DNA of 64,000 nt from the NCBI GenBank assembly GCA_030390025.1, contig CM059432.1, forward strand, positions 146,632,001-146,696,000, read 5' to 3'. This stretch comes from Squalus acanthias. Its lineage: Eukaryota. The number at the start of each line of letters is the position of its first letter. Positions within the stretch are counted from its first letter, which is position 1. The notes beneath the pieces are model-generated. The model ran no database searches. It saw only the letters and a list, made by a program, of their open reading frames with translations, and was not told the origin of the DNA. Both the position numbers and the translations under genes were made by a program. This document shows, in pieces, positions 1 to 11,792 of this stretch.

Positions 1-439
1 CTCTGCAATTTGCAACCAGGCTGCATTGGTGTCCTGGGGAGGTCTCTTCCACCCATGGGAAGGGAAGAGAAGCTCCCTGTGTGCTGTGACTCCCTTGATA
101 AGCATATGGAGGGAGTCATGGGAGAACCTTGGTGCAGCCGTGAACCTCTGTGCAGTGATTGTCAGTGTTTGCAACACCTCAATGCTGTAGAACACTGACT
201 GCACAAATGTCAAAATTAAATTTGCGCGTGGTCCCTTTAAGTAAACCGGCTGATGACACGTCATAAATGATGTCACCAGACCTGCTTCCTTCAATTGGCC
301 AGGAAATTCGCTGGGCGGGCTTAACAAGCCCAATCATCAGAAAATCATTTCGGAGGCCGGGATGGAGCCAGCAGCGGGGCCAAGACCCGCCACCGACATC
401 GCCAGCCACGGACCTGCCGAGGTAGGGTAAATCACACCC
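1..439. mobile_element. Probable right end of a non-autonomous PIF/Harbinger-type DNA transposon (truncated by the window start)
   Basis: GC/CpG-rich non-coding segment ending in GGGTAAATCACACCC, resembling the AAAATT-N-GCCC right termini of other MITEs in this window. The left TIR is not visible. Family assignment is inference. Confidence 0.3.
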
Positions 440-599
440 TTTGCTCCAAACACTTGCAACCTGCGTAAAGCTCAATCTGTGTTCCAAATGCAATAAGCAA
501 CAGCTTCTGAGCTTGGAAAGTGAACAGCTGTGGGGTGGGAGCTTTTTCAGCAGATTTCAAGCTGTCAAGTAATCAGCTGATTCAATGGCCATTCATCTC

Positions 600-891
600 C
601 CGCCTCAGCTTAACAGACGTGACCTCTGAGCAGCGAGGCCCCAGTCAGCGAGCTCGCAAAGTCAAAAGGTGAGCTAAAATGTGTTGTTAATGATGTCTAA
701 ACAAGGACATATTGAGCTTAATTGGGTCTCCCGCCGCTGCGTGTCGGGTCTGCTCAATGCTGACAGACCCGACATTGGGAAAGGCGCGTGGCAGCGGTTT
801 CACAGTGGGGTCCCGACCCGCTGTGAAAAAAAACACATTCCCACCCGACCTGCCACCGATCACGCCCGCTGACCCCCTCAAAATTCCGGCC
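600..891. mobile_element. Probable Harbinger-type MITE remnant (right TIR)
   Basis: CpG-rich segment ending in CAAAATTCCGGCCC; its reverse complement GGGCCGGAATTTTG resembles the GGCCCAGAAATT/GGCCCAGATTTT TIRs at 3118-3819 and 8276. Left boundary is uncertain. Confidence 0.35.
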
Positions 892-897
892 GATGAA

Positions 898-1052
898 CTG
901 AAAATATAAATGACAAGATTGCACACATTGGAAATAATATTGAAAAAAGTACTCGCAGTGGAAATACTAAAGACAAGAATCCACAAACGGGAAATACTGA
1001 CAAGTATTCACAAACTGGAAATACTAATAACAAGAATCCACAAATTGGAAAT
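898..1052 (+). repeat. About 5 copies of a degenerate 30-bp tandem repeat (GGAAATACTAATGACAAGAATCCACAAACT-like)
   Basis: Recurrent GAAATACT..ACAAGAATCCACAAA at ~30-bp spacing. It is the reverse complement of the degenerate repeat at 2467-2750. Confidence 0.75.
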
Positions 1053-2466
1053 CCTTGGCCCCCTCCTATTTCTCATCTACATGCTGCCCCTTGGCGACAT
1101 CATCTGAAAACACAGCGTCAGTTTCCACATGTACACTGACGACACCCAGCTCTACCTCACCACCACTTCTCTCGACCCCTCCACTGTCTCTAAATTGTCA
1201 GACTGCTTGTCCGACTTCCAGTTCTGGATGAGCAGAAATGTCCTCCAACTAAGTACTGGGAAGATCGAAGCCATTGTTTTCAGTCCCCACCACAAACTCC
1301 ATTCCCTAGCCATCGACTCCATCCCGCTCCCTAACATCTGAGGCTGAACCACACTGTTCGCAAACTTGGTGTCGTATTTGACCCTGAAATGAGCTTCTGA
1401 CCACATATCCATGCCATCACTAAGACCGCCTATTTCCACCTCCGTAACATCGCCCGACTCCGCCCCTGCCTCAGCTCATCTGTTGCTGAAACCCTCATCC
1501 ATGCCTTTGTTACCTCTAGACTTGACTATTCCAACGCACTCCTGGCTGGGCTCCCACATTCTACCCTACGTAAACTTGAGGTCATCCAAAACTCAGCTGC
1601 CCGTGTCCTAACTCGCACCAAGTCCCGTTCACCCATCACCCCTGTGCTCACTGACCTACATTGGCTCCCGGTTAAGCAACACCTCGATTTTAAAATTCTC
1701 ATCCTTGTTTTCAACTCCCTCCATGGCCTCGCCCCTCCCTGTCTCTGTAATCTCCTTCAGCTCCACAACCCTCCGAGATATCTGTGCTCCTCTAATTCTG
1801 CCCTCTAAATTGGGAGGCAGTGTGAACAATGAGGAGGATGCTAGGAGGCTACAGAGTGACTTGGACAGGTTGGGTGAATGGGCAAATGTATGGCAGATGA
1901 AGTACAATGTGGATAAATGTGAGGTTATCCACTTTGGTGGTAAAAATAGGGAGGCAGACTATTACCTGAATGGTGGCAGATTAGGGAAAGGGGAGGTGCA
2001 ACGAGACCTGGGCGTCATGGTACATCAGTCACTGAAGGTGGGAAGGCAAGTGCAGCAGGCAGTCAAGAAAGCAAATGGCATGATGGCCTTCATAGCAAGG
2101 GGATTTGAGTACAGGAGTAGGGAGGTGATGCTACAGTTGTACAGGGCCTTGGTGAGGCCACACCTGAAGTATTGTGTGCAGTTTTGGTCTCCTAACTTGA
2201 GGAAGGACATTCTTGCTATTGAGGGAGTGCAACGAAGGTTCGCTAGATTGATTCCTGGGATGGCCAGACTAACATATCAAGAAAGACTGGATCGACTGAA
2301 CTTGTTCTATGTTTCTCTGTTACCTCTTTGACCAAGCTTTTGGTCACCTGCCCTAATATCACCTTATGTGGCTCGGTGTCAAATTTTGTCTTATAACGCT
2401 CCTGTGACGCGCCCTGGACATTTTACTACATTAAAGGCACTATATAAATACAAGTTGTTGTTGTTG
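1051..2466 (+). mobile_element. 5'-truncated L2-clade LINE (RT C-terminus + 3' tail), interrupted by a CR1 fragment
   Basis: Translates to ILGPLLFLIYMLPLGDII..MYTDDTQLYL (RT YxDD region, with stops and frameshifts). The 3' end is AAAGGCACTATATAAATACAAG(TTG)n. Confidence 0.9.
1806..2298 (+). mobile_element. Internal CR1 LINE fragment (RT C-terminal region), truncated at both ends
   Basis: KLGGSVNNEEDARRLQSDLDRLGEWANVWQMKYNVDKCEVIHFG..LYRALVRPHLKYCVQFWSP..IEGVQRRFARLIPG is typical CR1 ORF2. No 3' microsatellite tail. Confidence 0.9.
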
Positions 2467-2750
2467 TGTTTCCAGTTTTGTGTTCTTGTCATTTGTCAAT
2501 CCAGTTTTTGAATATGTGTCAATATTATTTCCACTTTGTCTATTCTTGTCATTAGAATTTCCAGTTTCATGGATTATTGTCGTCAGTATTTTCATGATAG
2601 AATTTCGTTATTAATATGTCCAGTTACTGGATCCTTGTCATTAGTATTTTCAATTTGTCCATTTTTGTCATTAGTATTTGCTGTTTACGTAGTCTTGCTA
2701 TTAGAATTTCCGATTTGTACATTCAATTTGTACTTGTCAATATTATATCT
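2467..2750 (-). repeat. Degenerate 30-bp tandem repeat (TTGTCATTAGTATTTCCAGTTT.. units)
   Basis: Repeated TTGTCATTAG(T/A)ATTT motifs at ~30-bp period; inverted relative to 898-1052. Confidence 0.65.
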
Positions 2751-2937
2751 ATCATTTATCAAACTGTGATGCTAGTGTGCATCATTTAACAAACTCTGAT
2801 ACCAGTGTACTTTATTTAACATACTTTGATACCAGTGTGTCTCAGTTAACATGCTGTGATAGCAGTGTACCTCATTTAATATTGCAATCGCAGAGTGTCT
2901 TATCAACATGGTGATACCAGTCAGCCTGATTTAACAT
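2751..2937 (+). repeat. Degenerate ancestral 30/28-bp satellite units
   Basis: GATACCAGTGT....CATTTAACATAC motifs, same family as the main array. Confidence 0.8.
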
Positions 2938-3117
2938 AAAGAAAAGAAAGACTTGAATTTCTACAGTGCTTTTCACGACCTCAGGATGTCCCAAAGCGCT
3001 TCACAGCCAATGAAGGACTATTTTGAAATGCAGTCACTGTTGTAATGTAGGAAACGCGGCAGCCAATTTGCGCACAGCAAGCTCCCACAAATAGCAATGT
3101 GATAATGACCAGATAAT

Positions 3118-3819
3118 GGTCGAGAAATTCCGTTCGCTACAGGTGTGTACGTGCTGTGTACTCACCCGTAGGGCCAACGGAAGTATCGGTTTTACGCATG
3201 CACTGCGCATGCGCTGGAAACCGGCACTTCCGTTCTCTGCAGAAAGGGTTTGACTGAACAAACGCGTACATTAGGAACTTCCGTTTTTTTCCACACTGGC
3301 TTGAGTCCAGGTAAGTCGGGAACAGCTGCGTCTAGAAAAGCAGGCGCAAGGCCTGCTTTTTGCAGGCTAATAGTTTAAGAAAGTAAAAAAAAAATATTTT
3401 TCCACTGATTTATCATTTTAAAATACTTTAAAGAAAGGTAAGTTTATTTTTAGCCTCGTTAAAAACATTAATTATTTTTTTCAAAAATTTAAATTTTTGT
3501 TTAAAATAGTTAATTTATGTAATTTATAATAATTTTAAAAATGTGGTTAAAAAAAAATTATTTGACATTTTACTTATGTTTTGGGGCTGATCTCTATTCA
3601 GGTCTTCCTGTCAAATCTATGAATGGAGATTCCCTGCTCTGATTGGCTCCCCATGGCCCACGTGATCCCAGGGACGCTGCGATCCGCCTGCACACCGGCA
3701 GTTTGAAGAGGCACAGCAATGGAATTCTGCGCCTCCCGGGAGCCCTCCGGTCTAGGCGCAGATATTTCCGGATCGCAGCCCTCCGCCCGCGGGAGGGCTG
3801 CGAACGGAATTTCTGGGCC
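3118..3819. mobile_element. 702-bp MITE, PIF/Harbinger-type
   Basis: 20-bp TIRs GGTCGAGAAATTCCGTTCGC and revcomp GGCCCAGAAATTCCGTTCGC (18/20 match). 3-bp TSD AAT at 3115-3117 and 3820-3822. AT-rich centre, no transposase ORF. Confidence 0.85.
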
Positions 3820-3901
3820 AATGTGTTTTTGTTATGTTGATTGTGGGATAAATATTGGCCAGGACACCGGGGATAATTCCCTTGCTCTTCTTCGAAATAG
3901 T

Positions 3902-6900
3902 CAGAGAATCATAGAGTCATATAGTCATAACGGCACAGAAGGAGGCCATTCGGCCCATCGAGTCCGTGCCGGCTCTCTGCAGAGCAATCGAGTCAGTCCC
4001 ATTCCCCCCGTTCTATCCCCGTAGCCCTGCAAGTTTATTTCCCTCAAGTGTCTATCCAGTCTCCCCTTGAAAACATTGAGTGTCTCCGCTTCCACCACTT
4101 CTGTCGGCAGCGAGTTCCAGGCCATCACCACTCACTGTGTAAAAAAGTTTTTCCTCACATCCCCCCTGTATCTCTTGCCCAAAATCTTAAATCTGTGTCC
4201 CCTAGTCCTTCTACCATCAACTAGTGGAAACAGCCTTTCCCCGTCAAGCCTATCCAAACCCGTCATAATCTTGTATACCTCTATCAAATCACCCCTCAAT
4301 CTCCTTTGCTCTAATGAAAACAAATCCAGCTTCTGTAGGGGGTGGTGTGTGGGGTCAGCCTCACCTCTGACTCAGTGAGCGGTTCGAATCGCTCCCACGC
4401 CCCTGGTTCTAGACCTTGGACTTATTTGGGGGTTGTGAACAAAGATGCAGTAGACAACAGGTTCTGATGAAAGAGTTTTGACTTTTATTCAAGGAAGTAA
4501 AACACAACACAAACACTCTTATCACTCGAAAGGTGGGGAACACTTCGGTTCAAGCGAGGGAAATAACATTAGAAGAATACTTCACCCCTCCCAATCCCAC
4601 TTCACGAGCTAGGTTGGACTCTGGAGAACCAGGGATAATGCTCACCAAACGAATCCTTGACAGTTGAGAGTTAGGGTTTAGAGTCTTTTGAGTAAAAGGT
4701 TTCGTAAGGCCCTTGTTGCCACGAGGTGTCCGATGGTCACTGAGGCAGTCGCTCTGGTTTCTTCTTACGTGTCGGTCTGCTTGTGAAGCTGTTGGCCTTC
4801 TTTGTTTAACTTCTTGCTGTAACTCTGCCTCTGTTTAAACTGTCTTCTTCCGAGCTGTGGAACTGCCTTCTTGCAAAACTGTGGAAACTGCCTTCTGTCT
4901 GCTTGTCCTGAACCCTGTAACTCCAGCCCTGACTTCTGTTCAACACAGGCTTACAATTCTGTTGAACTTGAACTCCCTTCTTACTGAACTGTTGTAACTG
5001 CTTGATGGGCCTTCAATTATACTAAATCGAAGTGGCCTTGTCAAAACCAAATCAAATCCTGGTCATTGTAAGACCTCGTTAATAGTAACAACTATACTAA
5101 GTGTCAAATGGCTTGCGTCCTGTCGATCTCTTCGGTAGATTACAGGTGATTGGTTTCGTGTTTTGGGTTTCTCGGCTGGACTCGGGTTTTTCTATAGAAT
5201 GTTCCTGAGCGATTTGAATTATGCATGGTTTTGATAGGTTTTAATGGGGCCTGTGTTTTGGGTGGGGCTGCCTTCTCCCAGGGCCTATTGTCCAAATGTT
5301 AATGCTTGCTGGGGCTTGAGTGAGGTCATCCCGATTCCCAGACAATGCAATTTAACTGCAATACCCAAAACTGCTATTCCAGAGGTCGAACCCACCTCCT
5401 GTGCAGCCTTTTCTCCCTTACAGGTCCAGACATGTCTTTTTAAAATGCCAAAACTTGGTTTTTGGTCTTAAATTCCTTATGTTAGGCCCAAATGCATTTT
5501 TATCACTCTGGGGTAGTTCCAAAGTCCCTTTTCCTTAGGTTTTGGGGATCTGCAAATTTTGGGAACCTTACACTTCTCCAACCTGTCCTTGTAGCTAAAA
5601 TCCCCCATCCCCGGAACTATTCTGGTAAATCTCCTCTGCACCCTCTCAAGGGCCTTCACGTCCTTCCTAAAATGCGGTGATCAGAACTGGACGCAATACT
5701 CCAGATTCAGCATAACTTCTCTAATTTTGTACTCAATAACTCTATTTATGAAACCCAAGATCCCATATGCTTTGCTAACCACTCTCTCAATATGTCCTGC
5801 CACCTTCAGGGACCTATGCACATTAACTCCCAGGTCCCTCTGTCCCTGCACACTCTTTAAAAATATGCCAATAAGTGTATATTGCCTCTCGCTGTTCCTT
5901 CTGCCAAAATGCATCACCTCACACTTCTCTGTATTAAATTCCATCTGCCACTTGTCTGCTCATTCTGCTAGCCTTTCTATGTCCTGTTGCAGTTGATTGG
6001 TATCATCCTCACTGTTTGCCACACCTCCAAGTTTGGTGTCATCGGCAGATTTAGAAATTCTACTCTGTATTCCAATATCCAGGTCATTTATATATATCAA
6101 AAAAAGCAGTGGCCCCAGCACTGACCCTTGGAGAACACCACTGTTTACCATTCTACAGTCTGAAAAACAGCCATTTGCAACTCACTGTTTTCTGTCCTTA
6201 AGCCAATTCCTTATCCAAGTTGCCACTGACCCATCTATTCCATGAGCCTCAATTTTGTTAACCAGCCTTCTATGTGGTACTTTGTCAAACGCCTTCATAA
6301 AATCCATGTAGACAACATCCATTGCATTCCCTTGATCAATCCTCCCTGTTACTTCATCAAAAAATTCAATTAGATTAGTCAAACACAATCTGCCTTTTAC
6401 AAATCCATGTTGGCTCGCCTTAATTAGCTTAAACCTCTCCAAGTGCCCGTTAATTTTTTCCTTGATTATTGTTTCTAAAACTTTACCCACCACTGATGTT
6501 AAACTGACCGGCCTGTAGTTACTAGGATTGTCTTTACACCCTTTCTTGAACAATGGTGTCACATTTGCCACTTTCCAATCCTCAGGCACCTCCCCTGCAT
6601 CTAGGGAAGATTGGAAAATTATGGCGAGCCCTTCCGCTATCTCCTCCCCCCATTCCCTTAATAATCTGGGATGCAAACCTCTGGACCAGGTGACTTGTCC
6701 ACTCTTAGCAAACCCAGCCTTTCTAGTGCATCCTGTCTATCAAGTTTCAGCCCTTCCATTGCTTCTACCTTTTCCACTTCTACCGATATTTTGTCAGTAT
6801 CCACCTCCTTAGTAAACACCGATACAAAGTACTCATCGAGTATTCTAGACTTGCCCTGCACCTCTAAGCATATATCACCTTCTTTGTCGCTAATAGGCCC

Positions 6901-7930
6901 CACCCCGCCTCTTACTACCCGCTTACTGTTTACATGCCGGTAGAAGATTTTTGGGTTCCCTTTTATGTTAACCGCCATTCTACTCTCATATTCTCTCTTT
7001 GCCAATCTTATTTTCATCTTCACTTCCCCTCTCAACTTATTGTATTTGGACTGGTTCTCCCTTGAAGAATTCACCTGACATGCATCAAACACCCTCTTTT
7101 TTTGTTTCACCATCTTCTCTATCTCCCGCGTCATCCAAGGAGCCCTTGCTTTGGTTCCCTTACCCTTCCCTCTTGTTGGAATGTACCTAGCCTGGACTTG
7201 GAACATCTCCTCCTTAAAGATCACCCATTTTTCCGTTACAGTTTTTCCTGTCAGTCTTTGGTTCCATTTTACTCTGGCTAGATCCTTTCGCATCCCATTG
7301 AAGTTAGCCCTATTCCAGTTTAGAAGTTTCACTCTAGATTGTTCTTTGCTCCTCTCCATTGCTGATCTAAATCTTATGATACGATGATCACTCGTACCCA
7401 AGTGTTCTCCCACAGACACTTGGTTGACCTGGCCCACCTCATTCCCCAGCCCCAGATCCAGCAATGCCTCCTTCCTAGTTGGGCCAAGAACATACTGGTC
7501 AAGGAAATTCTCCTGAACACATTTCAGAAATTCCTCCGTCTCCTTTCCCTTTACCCTAGCATTATCCCAATCGATATTTGGGTAATTAAAGTCCCCCAAT
7601 ATCACCACACTATAGCTCTTGCATATCTCTGCGATTTACCTGCAGATTTGCTCCTCTACCTCCCTCTCACTATTTGGAGGCCTATAGAATATCCCCAATA
7701 ACATGATCATTCCCTTTGCGCTCCTCAACTCTAACCAAATGGATTCTGTCCTTATCCCCTCAAGAACATCCTCCCTTTCCAACACTAAAATGTCTTCTTT
7801 AGCAGCACTGCCACCCCACCTCCCTTTTTTCCTTCCCTATCATTTCTGAACACCTTGTACCCTTGAATATTAAGTGCCGTTTTCACCACACTTTGTGCGT
7901 TTACGTACATGCATTCTAAACCCATTTTTG
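3902..7930 (-). mobile_element. CR1 LINE, nearly complete but decayed ORF2 (APE endonuclease + RT), interrupted by a solo LTR
   Basis: Minus-strand fragments: MYVNAQSV, VILGDFNYPNIDW, HLGTSDH (EN); NYRPVSLTSVVGK, QHGFVKGRLCLTNL, DFMKAFDKVPH, QGSVLGPLLFLIYINDL, SADDTKLGG (RT); RRLRGDLIEVYK. 3' (TATGATTC)-like tail at 3902-3930. Confidence 0.95.
4334..5572 (-). mobile_element. Solo LTR (1,239 bp) of an LTR retrotransposon or ERV
   Basis: Starts TGTAGGG and ends CCTTACA (TG...CA, short inverted termini). Flanked by the 4-bp TSD CTTC (4330-4333, 5573-5576). The CR1 frame resumes across it (KDRLEK | LDLFSLEQRR). A minus-strand AATAAA near 4484-4489 suggests orientation. Confidence 0.85.
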
Positions 7931-8275
7931 TGCCATGGGATCTTTTACATCCACCTTTTACATCCGAAAGACAGCACCTCCGACAGTGCAGCACTCCCTC
8001 AGTACTGCACTGGAGTGTCAGCCTAGATTTTTGCGCTCAGGTCTCTGGAGTGAGACTTGCACCCACAACCTTCTGACGCAGAGGCGAGAGTGTTAACCAC
8101 TGAGCCATGGCTGACCTGGTAGTGACATAGTGATACCTGTGTGTCTCGTTAATCATAGTGATATCAGTGCAGCTCATTTAACACAATGTGATACCAGTAA
8201 GCCACATTTAACATACAGTGATACCAGTGTGCATCATTTAATATTGTGGTACCACTGTGCCTCATTTAACATACT

Positions 8276-9008
8276 GGCCCAGATTTTGCGGTCAGCGGCA
8301 AAGTGACGGCGCTCATGCTGACCTCAAAGAAAGCTGCCTGCAAAGTTTTAGCCGGTGCTGTGGCATCGATTTCCTCTTTTCTGAAGTGACTTTCCATCTG
8401 GCGCCAGCTATAGGAGATCTGTGGCATCCAGCAACAGTGATGTCATCAAACAGGCTGAGCAGCCAATCACATTGAAGAATTCTCACAGACCGCAAACCAG
8501 GAAGTAAAAAGCAGGTTTTATCATTCACTTGTTAATAATTTTACAGAAAGCGAATAAAGATTGGGATATACATATGGGATTAAGGTAAAAGCTGAAATAG
8601 CATTAAAAAACTTTAAAAACAATGATTTTTATTATTTTTAAAATCTATGGAATTTTTATCATGGAATGGAGGAAATGACACGCCACAATATAAAATTAGT
8701 TTTTCAGGGCTAGAGAGGTTGTTCAGCAGTAATTATGACTTAGTACGCCATTAAAAACTCAGTTACACCTCATTCAACAAGTCTTAACTTTTTTAAGGGT
8801 TTTTACAGCGAAATTAGTGTGTAAAAAGTTGAAGTTCAGGTCAAATCAGTGATTTCTAATTGATTCCATCGGTGAAGATTGCAACAGCGTACCCTATGGA
8901 GGAGCAGGGTATCACTGACAGCAACTTCCGGATTTCTACGTTTAATTGGGCATGTGTGGACACCAGAAGTTGCTGTCATTTTTATAGAGTACTGACGGTG
9001 AATGATGC
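8276..9008. mobile_element. Harbinger-type MITE, right end lost
   Basis: Begins GGCCCAGATTTTGC, similar to the TIR of the 3118-3819 element, inside satellite units. AT-rich core; no matching right TIR found. Confidence 0.5.
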
Positions 9009-9009
9009 C

Positions 9010-10112
9010 TGTGTCCCTAATTTAACATACTATGATACCAGTATACCTCATTTAATGTACTATGATAATAGTGTGCCTCATTTAGCATACTGTAATACCA
9101 GTGTGCAAGATTTAACATAGTTATACCAATGCCCAATGTTCTGTGATGCCAGTGTGTCTCATTTAACATTCTTTAATACTAGTGTGCTCATTTAACACTC
9201 TGTAACACCAGGGTGTCTCATTTAATATAATGATTGCAATATGCATCATTTAACAAACTGTAATGCTAGTGTGCATCATTTAACATACTTTGATACCAGT
9301 GTACTTTATTTAACATACTTTGATACCAGTGTACTTTATTTAACATACTATGATACCAGTGTACTTTATTTAAAATACTTTGATACCAGTGTACTTTATT
9401 TAACATACTATGATACCAGTGTACTTTATTTAACATACTATGATGCCAGTGTACTTTATTTAACATACTTTGATACCAGTGTACTTTATTTAACATACTT
9501 TGATACCAGTGTACTTTATTTAACATACTATGATACCAGTGTGCATCATTTAACATACTATGATACCAGTGTACTTTATTTAACATACTTTGATACCAGT
9601 GTGTCTCATTTAACATTGGCCGATACCAGTGTGCTTCATTAAACAATCTGATACCAGGATAGCTCATTTAACATAATGTGAGACCAGTGTCACTCATTTA
9701 TCATGCTATCACACTGTGTGCCTCATTTAACATACTATGACACCAGTGTGCCACATTTAACATACTTTTAGACCATTGTGCCTTTTTTCACACAATGTGA
9801 TACCAGCGTGTCCCATTTATCATTCTATAATACCGATATGCCTCATTTAATATACTCATAATAATGTGGCTCATTTAACATACTGCGAAAGCAGTTTGCC
9901 TCCTTTAACATAATGATACCAGTCAGCCTCATTTAATTCACTGTGATACCAGTGTGCCTTATTTAATTTACTGTGATACCAGTGTGCCTCATTTAACATA
10001 GCGTGATTACTAGCGTGCATCATTTAACGTAGTGTGATACCAGTGTGCAACATATAAAATAGTGATACTAGTGTGCCTCAATTAACATCCTATAATCGCA
10101 GTGTACTTTATT
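9010..10112 (+). repeat. 30-bp tandem repeat (TGATACCAGTGTACTTTATTTAACATACT[T/A]); homogeneous core ~9270-9610 with degenerate flanks
   Basis: Exact 30-bp period visible in lines 9301-9601. The repetitive ORFs 9241..9642 and 9266..9667 arise from it. Confidence 0.95.
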
Positions 10113-11716
10113 TAACAACAACAACAACAACTTGCATTTATCTCGGTTCTTTAACATGTAAAAATATCCCAAGGCGCTTCACAGGAGCACGATGAAACAA
10201 AATTTGACTCCGAGCCACATAAGGAGATATTAGGGCAGATGGGTCAAAGAGGTAGGTTTTAAGGAGCGTCTTAAAGGAGGAAAGAGAGGTAGAGAGGCGG
10301 AGAGGTTTAGGGAGGGAATTCCAGAGCTTAGGGCCCAGGCACCTTAAGGCACGGCCGCCAATGGTGGAACGATTAAAATCAGGAATGCTCAAGAGGCCAG
10401 AATTGGAGGAGTGCAAATATCTCGGAAGAGTATAGGACTAGAGGAGATTACAGAAATAGGGAGGGGTGAGGACATGGAGGGATTTGTAAACAAGGATGAA
10501 AATGTTAAAATCGCGGTTTTGCTCAACCGGGATGTAATATAGGTCAGGGTTGATGGTCGAATGGGTCTTGGTGCGAGTTAAGATACAGGCAGCAATGTTT
10601 TGGATGAGTTTAAGTTTATGGAGGGTGGAAGATAGAAGGCCGGCTGGGAGTGCATTGGAATAGTCAATTCTAGAGTTAACAATGGTATGGAAGAGGGTTT
10701 CATCAGCAGATGAGCTGAGGCTGGGGCGGAGTTAGGTGATGTTACAGAGAGGAAGGTAGGATGTCTTGGTGATGGAGCAGATATGTGGTCAGAAGCTTAT
10801 CTTGGGGTCAAGTATGACACCAAGGTTGCAACCAGTCTGGTTCAGCCTCAGACAGTTGCCAGGGAGAGGGAGGGAATGGAGTTTGTGGCGGGGACCAAAG
10901 TCAATGGCTTTGGTCTTCCCAATATTTAGTTGGAGGAAATTTCTGCTCATCCAGTTGTGGATGTTGGACAAGCAATGTGACAAATTACAGACAGTGGAGG
11001 GGTCAAGAAAGGTGGTGGTGAGGTAGAGCTGGGTATCATCAGCGTACATGTGGAAACTGAGGCTGTGTTTTCAGATGATGTCACTGAAGGGCAGCATGTA
11101 GATGAGAAACAGGCAGGTCCAAGGTTAGATCCTTTGAGGACTTCAGAGTTAAAGGTGTGGGAGCAGGAAGAGAAGCCATTGCAGGTCATTCTCTGGCTAT
11201 AGCTGGATCGATAAGAATGGAGCCAGGCGACTGCAGCCCCACCCAGCTGGACGACGGAGGAGAGGCATTGAAGGAGGATGGTGTGGTCAACCACGTCAAA
11301 GGCTGCAGACAGGTCCAGAAGGATGAGGAAGGATGGTCACAGTCACATAGGATGTCATTTGTGACTTTGATAAAGGCTGTTTCAGTACTGTGGCAGGGGC
11401 GGAAACCTGATTGGAGGAATTCAAACATGGAGTTCCGGGTAAGATGAGCATGGGTTCGGTAGGTGAGAACACATTGAAGGACTTTGGAGAGGAAACGGAG
11501 GTTGGCGATCAGGCAGTAGGGGTCAAGGGTAGTGATGATGGCAGATTTGAAAGAGGAGGGGGACAGTACCTGAGGAGTGGGAACCATGAACAATATCAGC
11601 TAGCATGGGGGCCAGGAAGGGAAGTTAGTTGATCAGCAGTTTGGTGGGCATAGGTTTGATGGGGAAGGAAGTGGGTCCATTAACAAGATAAGCTTGGAGT
11701 GGCATGAGGGGAGATA
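10113..11716 (-). mobile_element. 5'-truncated, decayed L2-clade LINE
   Basis: (AAC)n + TTGCATTTAT 3' tail at 10114-10141. Minus-strand LQSGFRPCHSTETAFIKVTNDIL and MYADDTQLYL; same family as 1051-2466. Confidence 0.9.
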
Positions 11717-11792
11717 TAACATACTGATAATAAAGTGCCTCTTTTAAGTTCCTGTGACATCAGTGTTGCTCCTTCAACATTCTGTAATACCA

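Larger units (their letters stand above)
2938..8115 (-). mobile_element. tRNA-derived Deu-domain SINE (SacSINE1/AmnSINE1-like) split into three pieces: 2938-3117, 3820-3901, ~7930-8115
   Basis: Minus-strand head GTCAGCCATGGCTCAGTGGTTAACAC..GGGTGCAAGTCT (A box and degenerate B box). Central CTTGCTGTGCGCAAATTGGCTGCCGCGTTTCCTACATTACAACAGTGACT is recognised from memory as a Deu domain. L2-like tail ends in (TCTT)n. The pieces join across the insertions (..CTTCGAAATAG | TGCCATGGGATC..). Confidence 0.8.

Noticed and set aside
1705..2331. 208-aa ORF as a host gene
   Set aside because: Chimeric reading across an L2/CR1 junction; CR1 RT fragment only.
4464..4490. CTGATGA in the solo LTR as a possible hammerhead core
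   Set aside because: No GAAA after a closing stem II and no stem I/III arrangement.
8040..8115. tRNA gene on the minus strand
   Set aside because: It is the tRNA-derived head of the SINE; the B box is degenerate and it continues into SINE body sequence.
9241..9667. Repetitive ORFs (YFDTSVLYLT)n and (MLNKVHWYQS)n
   Set aside because: By-product of a stop-free 30-bp tandem repeat; no splice or homology support.
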